Source: Opitutus sp. GAS368 (GTDB lineage: Bacteria; Verrucomicrobiota; Verrucomicrobiia; Opitutales; Opitutaceae). Taken from it: a stretch of 29,800 nucleotides of DNA. Every line of letters starts with the position of its first letter. The stretch's first letter is position 1. A model generated the notes under the pieces. It worked only from the letters and a program-made list of their open reading frames with translations. It was not told the DNA's origin and made no database searches. The stretch is from contig CAMAVZ010000024.1 of the NCBI GenBank assembly GCA_945861645.1, forward strand, positions 1-29,800, given 5' to 3'. Positions 7,209 through 16,011 of the stretch are shown here, piece by piece. Position numbers and translations under genes: made by a program.

Positions 7209-9038
7209 TTAGTCGGAAAAAGCTATACGTGAGTTGGTCTGTAAGTATTCGGCGATCGTGCGGGTGAAAATCCCTCCAAATTCAACGCGCTTCTTTTCGC
7301 CGACGCCCGTGATGCCTTCTAGGGTTTTTAGCTGGATGGGGTAAAGGCAAGCCATTTGGCGGAGGGTGGCATCGCCAAAAATAATATAAGCGGGCACCTG
7401 GCGTTCGTCGGCGAGACGCTTGCGCAGGGTGCGGAGGCGTTCGAAGAGAATTTCGTCGCAGGTGATATCGCCTTCACGGCGCGCGACGCGCTTCGCCTTC
7501 GGCCGGTCCATCGGCTTGGTGAGCGTGATAGCTGTGCGGGCTAGGAGGACGGTGCGGCCGGTGGGAGTTAGTTCGAGCGTCGCAAATTCGCCTTCCGCGA
7601 CGGCAAGGTAGCCGCGGCGCATTAACTCACGCCCGATGTGGGCCCAGTGGGGGCGGCCTAGATCCTTGCCGATCCCGTAGGTGGTCAGGCGATCGTGACC
7701 CCATTTGCGGATTTTTTCGGTGTCGGCGCCGGTTAGCACCTCCGTGAGATGATTCATCCCAACGCTAAAGCTGCTGTTTTGGGCGATGCGATAGACGCAG
7801 GAGAGGAATTTCTGGGCCGCGATGGTGCCGTCGTAAGTTTCGCGCGGCTCGAGGCAATTGTCGCAAGCACCGCAGTTATCGAGCGGGAATTTTTCACCAA
7901 AATAATCCAAGAGTTCCGCGCGGCGGCAACTGCTGCTCTCGGCGTAGTGGACAATTTGGCGAAGTTGGGCGCGGGCGATCGCTTGTTCGTGCGCGTTCGT
8001 AATCTCGTCGAGGAAGTGCGTTTGTTTCGCAATATCGCCGGCGCTGAAGAGCAGGAGGCAATCGCCGGGCAGGCCATCGCGACCTGCGCGGCCGGTTTCC
8101 TGATAATAGCCTTCAATATTTTTGGGCAGGTCGTGGTGGATCACCCAGCGAACGTTCGGTTTGTTGATGCCCATGCCGAAGGCGATCGTCGCGCAGATGA
8201 TCCGGGTTTCATCGCGGAGAAAAAGTTCTTGATTGCGCGAACGCTCCGCGGCGTCGAGTCCCGCGTGGTAGGGCCGGGCGAGGAAGCCGCGACCGGCCAG
8301 TGATTCGGCCACACGTTCGGCCGTGGCCCGACTCGCGCAGTAGATGATGCCGCTCTCGGTTTCCCGCGTGCGGACAAAATTGATGATTTGTTTTGCCGGC
8401 TGATCTTTGGGGATGACGCGGTAAGACAAATTGGGGCGGTTGAAACTGGCGACAAAAGTGTGCGGTCCGGTGAGGCGGAGGTGTTTGATGATATCATCGC
8501 GCACGCGGCCGGTGGCGGTGGCGGTGAGGGCCATGACGGGCACGCCCGGCAATAGATCACGCAGCTGGGCAATTTGGCGATATTCGGGGCGAAAATCGTG
8601 GCCCCATTCAGAAATGCAGTGGGCCTCGTCGATGGCTAGAGCGGTGACATTCCAGGCCTTTAGATTGGCTGGCCAATTGTCGAGCATCAGACGTTCGGGT
8701 GCGACGTAGAGCAGGCGCCACTCGCCGCGGTGTAAACCACTCAGCCGGGAGCGCGCCGCCTCAGGGGTGAGGGTGGAATTTAGATAGGTGGCGGCCACGC
8801 CGGCGGCTTGCAACTGATCGACTTGGTCTTTCATCAACGCGATCAGCGGTGAGACCACGACCGTCAGGCCTGGGCGCAGGAGGGCCGGCAGTTGAAAACA
8901 AAGGGATTTACCGCCCCCGGTGGGCAAGAGGGCAAAGACGTCCTGATCGGCGAGCGCAGCCTCGATGATCTCGCGTTGCAGTGGGCGAAAAGCTCCATAG
9001 CCGAAGGTGGTTTTAAGAGTGAGGAGGAGGTCATCCAC
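7209..9038 (-). CDS. recQ: ATP-dependent DNA helicase RecQ
   Basis: PTGGGKSLCFQLPA, DEAHCISEWGHDFRPEY, ATIAFGMGINK, YYQETGRAGRDG, Zn-binding CRR...CGACDNC, RQC and HRDC regions. GTG at 9038 is the likely start. Confidence 0.97.
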   Translation of the reverse strand: MDDLLLTLKTTFGYGAFRPLQREIIEAALADQDVFALLPTGGGKSLCFQLPALLRPGLTVVVSPLIALMKDQVDQLQAAGVAATYLNSTLTPEAARSRLSGLHRGEWRLLYVAPERLMLDNWPANLKAWNVTALAIDEAHCISEWGHDFRPEYRQIAQLRDLLPGVPVMALTATATGRVRDDIIKHLRLTGPHTFVASFNRPNLSYRVIPKDQPAKQIINFVRTRETESGIIYCASRATAERVAESLAGRGFLARPYHAGLDAAERSRNQELFLRDETRIICATIAFGMGINKPNVRWVIHHDLPKNIEGYYQETGRAGRDGLPGDCLLLFSAGDIAKQTHFLDEITNAHEQAIARAQLRQIVHYAESSSCRRAELLDYFGEKFPLDNCGACDNCLEPRETYDGTIAAQKFLSCVYRIAQNSSFSVGMNHLTEVLTGADTEKIRKWGHDRLTTYGIGKDLGRPHWAHIGRELMRRGYLAVAEGEFATLELTPTGRTVLLARTAITLTKPMDRPKAKRVARREGDITCDEILFERLRTLRKRLADERQVPAYIIFGDATLRQMACLYPIQLKTLEGITGVGEKKRVEFGGIFTRTIAEYLQTNSRIAFSD

Positions 9039-9291
9039 AGGCAAAGGAGTGTGGATGGGGGAGCAAGCGGTAGCCGGCAAGCTCTCAACCTACGTAATTT
9101 TAAACGCCTAAAGTTGCCCGTGGCCCGTGGCGAGCGCCCGCGGTGGTTGGCTCGGGCCGCGATAAGAGAGTGAATTTTTTGCCATACGGCGGATGGGCTT
9201 GAGGCGGGGTTTTTTCGTAATTTGACCAAGACTGTGACACCTCGTCTCATTTCCCGTTGACCGAAGGGGGGGCTCTGAGTCAGATGGCCGC

Positions 9292-10665
9292 ATGGTTCCT
9301 AGTGTTTTAATCGTCGATGACGAAAAGCATACCCGCGAAGGTTTGCAGCAGGCTTTGCAGGAACATTATGACGTATCGGTGGCCGCCAGTGCGGATGAAG
9401 CTTTCAATTTAATGGAAGCGCAGGAATTCGAAGTCATCGTGACGGATTTGCGGATGCCGGGAAAAAGTGGGCTGAAGGTGATCGATAAGGCGCTGACGCT
9501 CGTGAATAAGCCCGCGGTGTTAATGATGACGGCTTACGGCAACATTGAGTCGGCCGTGGAAGCGATGAAGCGTGGGGCGGTCGATTTTCTGACCAAGCCG
9601 GTCCAGATTGAGCGCTTGGAAATTCTGATTCAGCGGGCCTTAAAAACTAAAACCTTAGAGGTGGAGGTGAAACAGTTGCACGAACGGCTCGACCATAAAT
9701 TTAATGTTGAAGGTATTGTCGGGCATTCCGCCAAATTAGGGGAGGTGATTGCGCGCGTGAAGTTGGTCGCACCATCAAAGGCGACGATTTTAATCGAAGG
9801 CGAGACGGGCACGGGCAAAGAATTAATCGCGCAGGCGATTCATCAAGCGAGCCCGCGGGCGCGGGCGCCCTTCGTGCCGGTGCACTGTGCCGCTTTGCCG
9901 GCGGCGCTGCTGGAGAGCGAATTATTTGGACATGAGCGGGGGTCTTTTACCGGCGCCACGGAGCGCCGGGAGGGGCGGTTTGAAAGTGCAGATGGGGGGA
10001 CGATATTTTTAGATGAGATCGGAGAGATTGGCCCAGAAATTCAGGTCAAATTACTCCGTTTCATCGAAACCAAAAGTTTTGAGCGCATTGGTAGCACGAA
10101 GACGATCACGGTCGACGTGCGGTTGGTGGCGGCGACCAACCGCAATCTTGAGCAGATGGTGAAGGCCGGAAAATTTCGGGAGGATTTATTTTTCCGACTC
10201 AACGTGGTCCGCATCACAATGCCGCCGTTGCGGGAGCGGACCGATGATATTCCGGTGCTGCTGGAGCATTTTATTAAAATGTATGCGGCCGAGAATGCCT
10301 ACGCGCCGGTGTTGATTGAGGCGGGAGCGATGCAGCATCTCCAACGTTATCCGTGGCCCGGTAATATTCGTGAGTTGCGCAATTTTTCGGAGAATGCCGT
10401 CGTGTTGCGCCGGGGCGGAAAAATCACGGAGTTCGATTTGGAACCTAAATTTCGCGGAGAAGTGGCCCCGCCGCCTTCCTGGCAGACACCCAGCCCAGCG
10501 AATCCCTATTCGGTGGAGGCGCATGCTAAAATTTTGTTGCGGGAGGCGCTGATGAAAGCCCGCGGTAATCGCACGAAAGCCGCCCAATTGCTCGGTATCA
10601 GTCGGCGGACTTTGCACCGTAAACTGGCGCAGTCACCTGAGCTCGATGTGCTCGATCGGGGATGA
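9292..10665 (+). CDS. Sigma54-dependent response regulator (NtrC/AtoC family: receiver, AAA+, Fis-type HTH)
   Basis: VLIVDDE and TDLRMPG receiver motifs, [49 protein letters not shown], and [17 protein letters not shown]. Confidence 0.95.
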   Translation: MVPSVLIVDDEKHTREGLQQALQEHYDVSVAASADEAFNLMEAQEFEVIVTDLRMPGKSGLKVIDKALTLVNKPAVLMMTAYGNIESAVEAMKRGAVDFLTKPVQIERLEILIQRALKTKTLEVEVKQLHERLDHKFNVEGIVGHSAKLGEVIARVKLVAPSKATILIEGETGTGKELIAQAIHQASPRARAPFVPVHCAALPAALLESELFGHERGSFTGATERREGRFESADGGTIFLDEIGEIGPEIQVKLLRFIETKSFERIGSTKTITVDVRLVAATNRNLEQMVKAGKFREDLFFRLNVVRITMPPLRERTDDIPVLLEHFIKMYAAENAYAPVLIEAGAMQHLQRYPWPGNIRELRNFSENAVVLRRGGKITEFDLEPKFRGEVAPPPSWQTPSPANPYSVEAHAKILLREALMKARGNRTKAAQLLGISRRTLHRKLAQSPELDVLDRG

Positions 10666-10726
10666 AGCTTTTTATGCTGAGCCGATCAGCTAGGTTCAGT
10701 CGTTCCTTTAGCTTTCGCTTGCTCGC

Positions 10727-12490
10727 ATGAAATCGAGTCAGGAATTTATTCATTGGCTTGAGCAAGGCCGCGGCGGGCGGTGGCTCCGCCGAGCAGCGGT
10801 CATCGTAGCCGCGTTGTTGCTGACCACGATATATGCATGGAAACAGTTTCACGGTATTCCCTCGGAGTTTGTGATGCAGCAAGCCGTGCTGGGCCGGCAG
10901 TTGGCCCAGGGTAAAGGCTTCACAACGCTGGTTAATTATCCCCAGACTTATGCGGTGCTGCAGGCGCGCGGTCAGCCCTTTGCCGAGAGCCGAGTTTATC
11001 CCGAGCTCCAGCATGCGCCGCTTTATGCGCTGACGTTGGCCACCGTTTTTAAGCTGCTGCCCGCGGCCAGTTGGGCGCACCGGCCGGTACCGCCGGACGG
11101 CTGGGCGCCCGATTATAGCGTGCTGCTGGTTAATTTGATTTTATTCTGGGTGGCCGTGGCGCTGGTTTGGCGACTGGCGGCCAAGCTGTTTGATGCGCGG
11201 GCCGCTTGGTTAGCGGCGCTGGCCACGGCAATTTCAGTGACCCTGTGGCAGCAAACGGTGGCCCTAACCGGCCTGCCACTGTTCATGGTGCTCGTCTTAG
11301 CGGTCTTTAATGTGCTGCTCAGTTTTGAGGAACACTGGACGGCATGGCCCCAGTTTAATGGGAAGCTTGCGAGCCGCAGTGTCCTGCTCGGCGGGCTGGG
11401 GGCGCTCTTATTTTTAACCGAATATTCTGGTGGGTTGGTGGCGCTAGTGATCGGCGGTTTTTTGGCGCTGCGGCTGACGGGACCGCGGCGCTGGGTTTTG
11501 CTGGGGATATTTGGGTTAGGGTTATTATTACCGGTTACTCCCTGGTTGGTGCGGAATACCTTGGTGGTTGGCCATCCTCTGGGTTTGGCCGGACAAAATT
11601 TGGCCTTAAAATCGGGTGATTTGACGGCGGAGCCCGCCATGCAACGCAATCGGGCGACCGTCGAGGCCCCGGTCTTGGATTTAAAAAAACTGGGTAACAA
11701 GGGCTTGACTGGGATGGAGCTTAATTTGCGCGAGCGAATTTGGTCGGGGGGCGGGCTGATGCTGACCGCCTTTTTTATCGCGGGATTAGCTTATCAATTT
11801 CGGCACGGTCCCGTGAATCGGGTGCGTTGGTGTTTTGCGGCCGTGCTCTTGGTTTTGTTCGTGGTCCAACCTTATTTAAATTCGGGCGAGAGTCCGCGCC
11901 TGCCCGCCTATTATTTGGCGCCGTTGGTCATCGTTTTTGGCGCGGGCTTTTTCTTCGTGCTTGTGGATAGCCAGGGACAGTTGCTGGGGTCGTGGCGAGT
12001 GGTGGTCGTGGCTTTGTTATTTTTACAGGGGTTGCCCCTCGTGCGGGACTGCTTGGAGCCGCGGAAAATCCATTTTCATTATCCGCCTTATTACCCCAAT
12101 TTGTTTATGGAATTAAACCGTGATATGCAGAATCGATTTCTGGCGGGCACGGGGGTAGCGACCGATGTGCCCGCGGGCACGGCTTGGTATGGGCAATTGC
12201 GCGTGTGGGCTAAGCCGGAGCGGTTGCGGGATTTTTCGCAAATGATCGTGGAGCAGAATATCGGGGCATTATTGCTGACGCCGGTGACGTTAGATCGGCC
12301 GTTTTTTACCGAGTTGGCGGCTCGCCCAGGGGATGCGATTAATTTGAGCGATGCGGGCGGTTGGGGTGGGGTGTATGCTGGGCTCGTAACACGGCGGATG
12401 CCGGCAAATTTTCCGCTGAATATGCCGCCGCAAAAGCTGACTGAAAATATGGTACTGCTGGTTAACCCGCAAACGCTGCTGACGCGGTGA
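10727..12490 (+). CDS. Polytopic membrane protein, probable GT-C fold (ArnT/PMT-like) glycosyltransferase
   Basis: More than 10 hydrophobic segments with the patterns HAPLY, VWRLAAKLFDARAAWLAA and PWLVRN...GHPLG. Lies upstream of polysaccharide export genes. Confidence 0.6.
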   Translation: MKSSQEFIHWLEQGRGGRWLRRAAVIVAALLLTTIYAWKQFHGIPSEFVMQQAVLGRQLAQGKGFTTLVNYPQTYAVLQARGQPFAESRVYPELQHAPLYALTLATVFKLLPAASWAHRPVPPDGWAPDYSVLLVNLILFWVAVALVWRLAAKLFDARAAWLAALATAISVTLWQQTVALTGLPLFMVLVLAVFNVLLSFEEHWTAWPQFNGKLASRSVLLGGLGALLFLTEYSGGLVALVIGGFLALRLTGPRRWVLLGIFGLGLLLPVTPWLVRNTLVVGHPLGLAGQNLALKSGDLTAEPAMQRNRATVEAPVLDLKKLGNKGLTGMELNLRERIWSGGGLMLTAFFIAGLAYQFRHGPVNRVRWCFAAVLLVLFVVQPYLNSGESPRLPAYYLAPLVIVFGAGFFFVLVDSQGQLLGSWRVVVVALLFLQGLPLVRDCLEPRKIHFHYPPYYPNLFMELNRDMQNRFLAGTGVATDVPAGTAWYGQLRVWAKPERLRDFSQMIVEQNIGALLLTPVTLDRPFFTELAARPGDAINLSDAGGWGGVYAGLVTRRMPANFPLNMPPQKLTENMVLLVNPQTLLTR

Positions 12491-12549
12491 AATTAAATTG
12501 CAATAACCTAAGGGCTGGGGCTTATGAGCGGCTAATATAAACCTCAACC

Positions 12550-13731
12550 GTGCTCATTAAATTTCGCCGGCGTTCACTTTTTTTGGCCGTAGTCATGCCG
12601 GCCTACGCGTGGGCGGTCTATGCGCCCATTCCCGAGCAGGAACAAGGCAAGGCGCTGACTTATCGTTTGGGGTCAGCCATCTACCAGGATAGTAATATTT
12701 TTGGTGGCGCCACCGGGGAAATTAGCAGTCTCGTCTACAATCTTAATGGGGCTCTTTCCTATAACGGTTCTTTGTCGGACCAAACCTTTGCCTCCGCTGC
12801 TTACGAGCTGAACAACGATCATATCGTGGATCGGCCCGGTCAGCAAAATCTCACGAGCCACAGTTTAAATGCGCGGCTGGCCCATGCTTTCTCGCCGGCG
12901 ACTAGTTTAGATGTAGCGGGCGCCTATAATATCGCAAAAAATCCTCAATCATTGCTGGCGGGCGTACCGTTGAATACCGACCAGTCTAATGATCGCGGGC
13001 AACTCGATCTTCGCTACGTGACGGCGGCTAGTCAGAAGATGAGTATCGCGGCCAAATATCGTTTGATCACTTATCGCTACGATAACCCCACGCTGGCGGC
13101 GGATCTCGACCGCACCGAGGATTTATTTGGTGGGGAGTTGGGCTACGCCTTGTTGCCTGAAACCAAGCTGCTCGCGGAATATCGTTATCAAGCGATCGGC
13201 TATCGCTCCGCGGCGATCTTTAAGAACAAGACTTCGCATTTTTTATTGGCGGGGATGGATTACAACCCGAGCGAAAAAACGATGCTCGCGGGACGGGTGG
13301 GGGGGGAGGCGCGCAATCGTTCAGCGGCGCCTGATACGACTTCGCCGTACGTGGAATTAAGCGCGCGCTATACTTATGCCGAGGGCTCTTTTTTGGCGAG
13401 CGGCTACACCTACACGCTCGAAGAACCCTCGGATGTTAACCGCTTCACTGATACCAAGGTTAATCGGATTTTTGTTAACTTACAGCATCGGCTGTCCGGC
13501 TTGCTGACGGCTGCCGGCTCTTTGAGCTATGAGCCCTCGGAGTTGCAGGGCCGTGGGCGGCAAATGAATGTCGCTGAAAAAACGACCCGCTTGGGTCTGG
13601 GTTTATCCTGGCAGCCCACCAAAAATTGGACGGCTAATCTCAGTGGCGATCTTGATCGAGTAAACTCGGAAGATGCCAGCCGTGAACAAAGCCGCAACCG
13701 GTACGGCCTCTCGGCTCGTTACACGTTTTAA
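12550..13731 (+). CDS. Outer-membrane beta-barrel associated with polysaccharide export
   Basis: Signal peptide, alternating amphipathic beta-strands rich in Tyr/Gly, C-terminal YGLSARYTF. Directly upstream of the Wzc-like gene. Confidence 0.75.
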   Translation: MLIKFRRRSLFLAVVMPAYAWAVYAPIPEQEQGKALTYRLGSAIYQDSNIFGGATGEISSLVYNLNGALSYNGSLSDQTFASAAYELNNDHIVDRPGQQNLTSHSLNARLAHAFSPATSLDVAGAYNIAKNPQSLLAGVPLNTDQSNDRGQLDLRYVTAASQKMSIAAKYRLITYRYDNPTLAADLDRTEDLFGGELGYALLPETKLLAEYRYQAIGYRSAAIFKNKTSHFLLAGMDYNPSEKTMLAGRVGGEARNRSAAPDTTSPYVELSARYTYAEGSFLASGYTYTLEEPSDVNRFTDTKVNRIFVNLQHRLSGLLTAAGSLSYEPSELQGRGRQMNVAEKTTRLGLGLSWQPTKNWTANLSGDLDRVNSEDASREQSRNRYGLSARYTF

Positions 13732-13748
13732 GCCGACCCTGCCGACTT

Positions 13749-15914
13749 ATGGCTGCTCTCCCTCCCAGCAAAGATTCGGCCTCGCTCGGCGATCTGGTCG
13801 GCCTGCTGCGACTGCGGCAGACTTTAATTTTTCTGATTCTGGCTTTGGTCGTGCTGACGACGTTGGGGGTCACCGCCCTTTTGCCTAAATGGTATCTGGC
13901 GACCGCCAAAATCCGGGTCGAAAAACCAGAGAGTGAGGTTAAGCTTTTTCAGACGCAGAACAGCAGCTATTATGATCCGTCCTTCATTCAGGATCAGTTT
14001 GAAATTCTCCAGTCCGAGAAAATTCTCTACCCAGTTATCACGCATCTGGGGCTGGCGGCTATTCTCGGTCAGCAGCTGAATGACGGCGTGGCCCTCCCCG
14101 CCGCCACTAGCTATCAATATCTGCTGAGTAAAATGCTGCGCGTGGAGTCGCGTCGTGGCACCTCCATCATCGAATTAAATGTTTATGCGCGCGATCCAGC
14201 GCTAGCCGCGGCCATCGCCAACGACATCGGGCGCGTGTATGCCGAAGATCGCATTGCGCTCGCAACGGCTGATCAGCGCGAAGGCCTGGCGCAATTGCGC
14301 AAAGAATTCGTCAAGCAGGAGCAGGTGTTGGTCGCCCAGCGCGACCACGTGGAAAAATTGCGCAAAGAATTAAATGTGGCGGGAGTTGATCTCAGTCAGC
14401 GCTACACGGATATGGATGTGGAGACCCTGCGGCAGATGCAGAACTCGCTGATCGCCTTGCGGGTCGATACGATTGGCCGCAAGACGCGCTGGGAACGCTT
14501 TCATGGCATTACCACGGAGGATCGGCGCAATGTCGTTAACTCTGAACTGATTCAGGATGTGAATATCCAGAATCTGTTACAGGCCTATCTCATTTCCGAT
14601 CAGCATGTCACTAAACTCAAGGGGCGCCTCGGCGAGGCCCACCCCGATCTGATCGCGGCGCTCCAGAACAGCGCTAAAATTCAGCAGCAATTGGATGATC
14701 AGTTGCGGGGCTACGAAAGCTCGCTGGAGATGGCTTATCAGGAGGCGGAGGCGCGGGTGACCGAACTCGAGCGGCAGTTGGCGCAGGCCAAGGTGGCGCA
14801 GATTCTTTCCGCGCGCGAGCGGATGCGCCCCTTCGAGGAAGCGACGACGAAGCTCGATGACGAGCAGCGTTTACTGACCACGCTCAAGCTTACGCTCCGG
14901 CAGCGGGAGATCGATTTTCAGGTACCCAAGAAAACCATCGAAATTCTTAACACCGCCGAGCCGGCGCGCTTCGCCAGCAAGCCGAATTGGGCGCTTAATA
15001 TTTTATTCGCCTTCATTTTTGGCGGCCTCTTGGGCGTGGGCGCGGCGGTCTTATTCGAGTATCTCGACACGAGTTTTCACAGTGTAGCCGAGGTGGAGCG
15101 TAAGTTACAGTTGGCGGTGCTGGGGGTGGTGCCGCATGTGGGCGAGCCGGACGAGCGACATGGCGTGAATTCCCCAGAGGGCGAACCTTACCGCGTGCTG
15201 CAGACCAATATTAATCTCGCGCTGCCCGCAGGCCAGCCCACCGCCCTCGTCATGTTGTCAGCCGGCCCCGGCGAAGGTAAATCGACCACGTTGCGGCAAA
15301 TGGCGCTCTGTATGGCCGCGGCGGGCGAAAAAGTTCTGCTCCTTGACTCAGATGTCCGTCGGCCGACGCAGCATCGCCTCGCCGATTTGCCGCGCGAACC
15401 TGGCTTGACGGATGTTTTGCTAAATAAAACCACGGTGGCTCAAGCTATTACGCGCGATTCCTCGGGGTTGTTTGATTTTTTACCAGCGGGGGCGGCGGCT
15501 AACCAAGTGACCCTTGGGCTTCTCTATGTGGGTAAGTTGCGCGAACTCGTCGGTGAATTTAAACAGCGCTACGATAAAATCCTCTTCGATGCCCCGCCCA
15601 TCATTGGCGTGAGTGATGCGGCGGTGCTCGTTAGTATCAGCGATCAAGTTATTTTACTGATCCAACATCGGCGTAACCCAGAAAGCATGGTGCAACGGGC
15701 GCGCCAGATCATCGAGGGCTTACGGGTGCCCATTATCGGCGTAGTGCTCAATCAAGTGCCGACCGGCACCGGAGAGGATTACGGCTACTATACGAATAAT
15801 TATTCTTATTACGCACACGATCCGGCGGCTGATAAGTCGGCCGAATCGGGCGCGCGCGGCAAAAAGTCCGATCGGCTTGACTGGGCTGAGCAGTCTCGGC
15901 GTAAAAAAAGCTAG
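13749..15914 (+). CDS. wzc: Polysaccharide co-polymerase / tyrosine autokinase (Wzc/GumC family)
   Basis: Two transmembrane helices flank a coiled-coil periplasmic region. Walker A GPGEGKST, LLLDSDVRRP, ILFDAPP, and a C-terminal Tyr cluster DYGYYTNNYSYY. Confidence 0.9.
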   Translation: MAALPPSKDSASLGDLVGLLRLRQTLIFLILALVVLTTLGVTALLPKWYLATAKIRVEKPESEVKLFQTQNSSYYDPSFIQDQFEILQSEKILYPVITHLGLAAILGQQLNDGVALPAATSYQYLLSKMLRVESRRGTSIIELNVYARDPALAAAIANDIGRVYAEDRIALATADQREGLAQLRKEFVKQEQVLVAQRDHVEKLRKELNVAGVDLSQRYTDMDVETLRQMQNSLIALRVDTIGRKTRWERFHGITTEDRRNVVNSELIQDVNIQNLLQAYLISDQHVTKLKGRLGEAHPDLIAALQNSAKIQQQLDDQLRGYESSLEMAYQEAEARVTELERQLAQAKVAQILSARERMRPFEEATTKLDDEQRLLTTLKLTLRQREIDFQVPKKTIEILNTAEPARFASKPNWALNILFAFIFGGLLGVGAAVLFEYLDTSFHSVAEVERKLQLAVLGVVPHVGEPDERHGVNSPEGEPYRVLQTNINLALPAGQPTALVMLSAGPGEGKSTTLRQMALCMAAAGEKVLLLDSDVRRPTQHRLADLPREPGLTDVLLNKTTVAQAITRDSSGLFDFLPAGAAANQVTLGLLYVGKLRELVGEFKQRYDKILFDAPPIIGVSDAAVLVSISDQVILLIQHRRNPESMVQRARQIIEGLRVPIIGVVLNQVPTGTGEDYGYYTNNYSYYAHDPAADKSAESGARGKKSDRLDWAEQSRRKKS

Positions 15915-16011
15915 CGCGCCGCTGGCCCGGCGGAAGCATTAGCGTTAGGCCAAAGGAAGCAGGCTTGTCAGGGTGGGACCCAAGGCTTTGACTGCCCCCT
16001 CATCCCGACTC

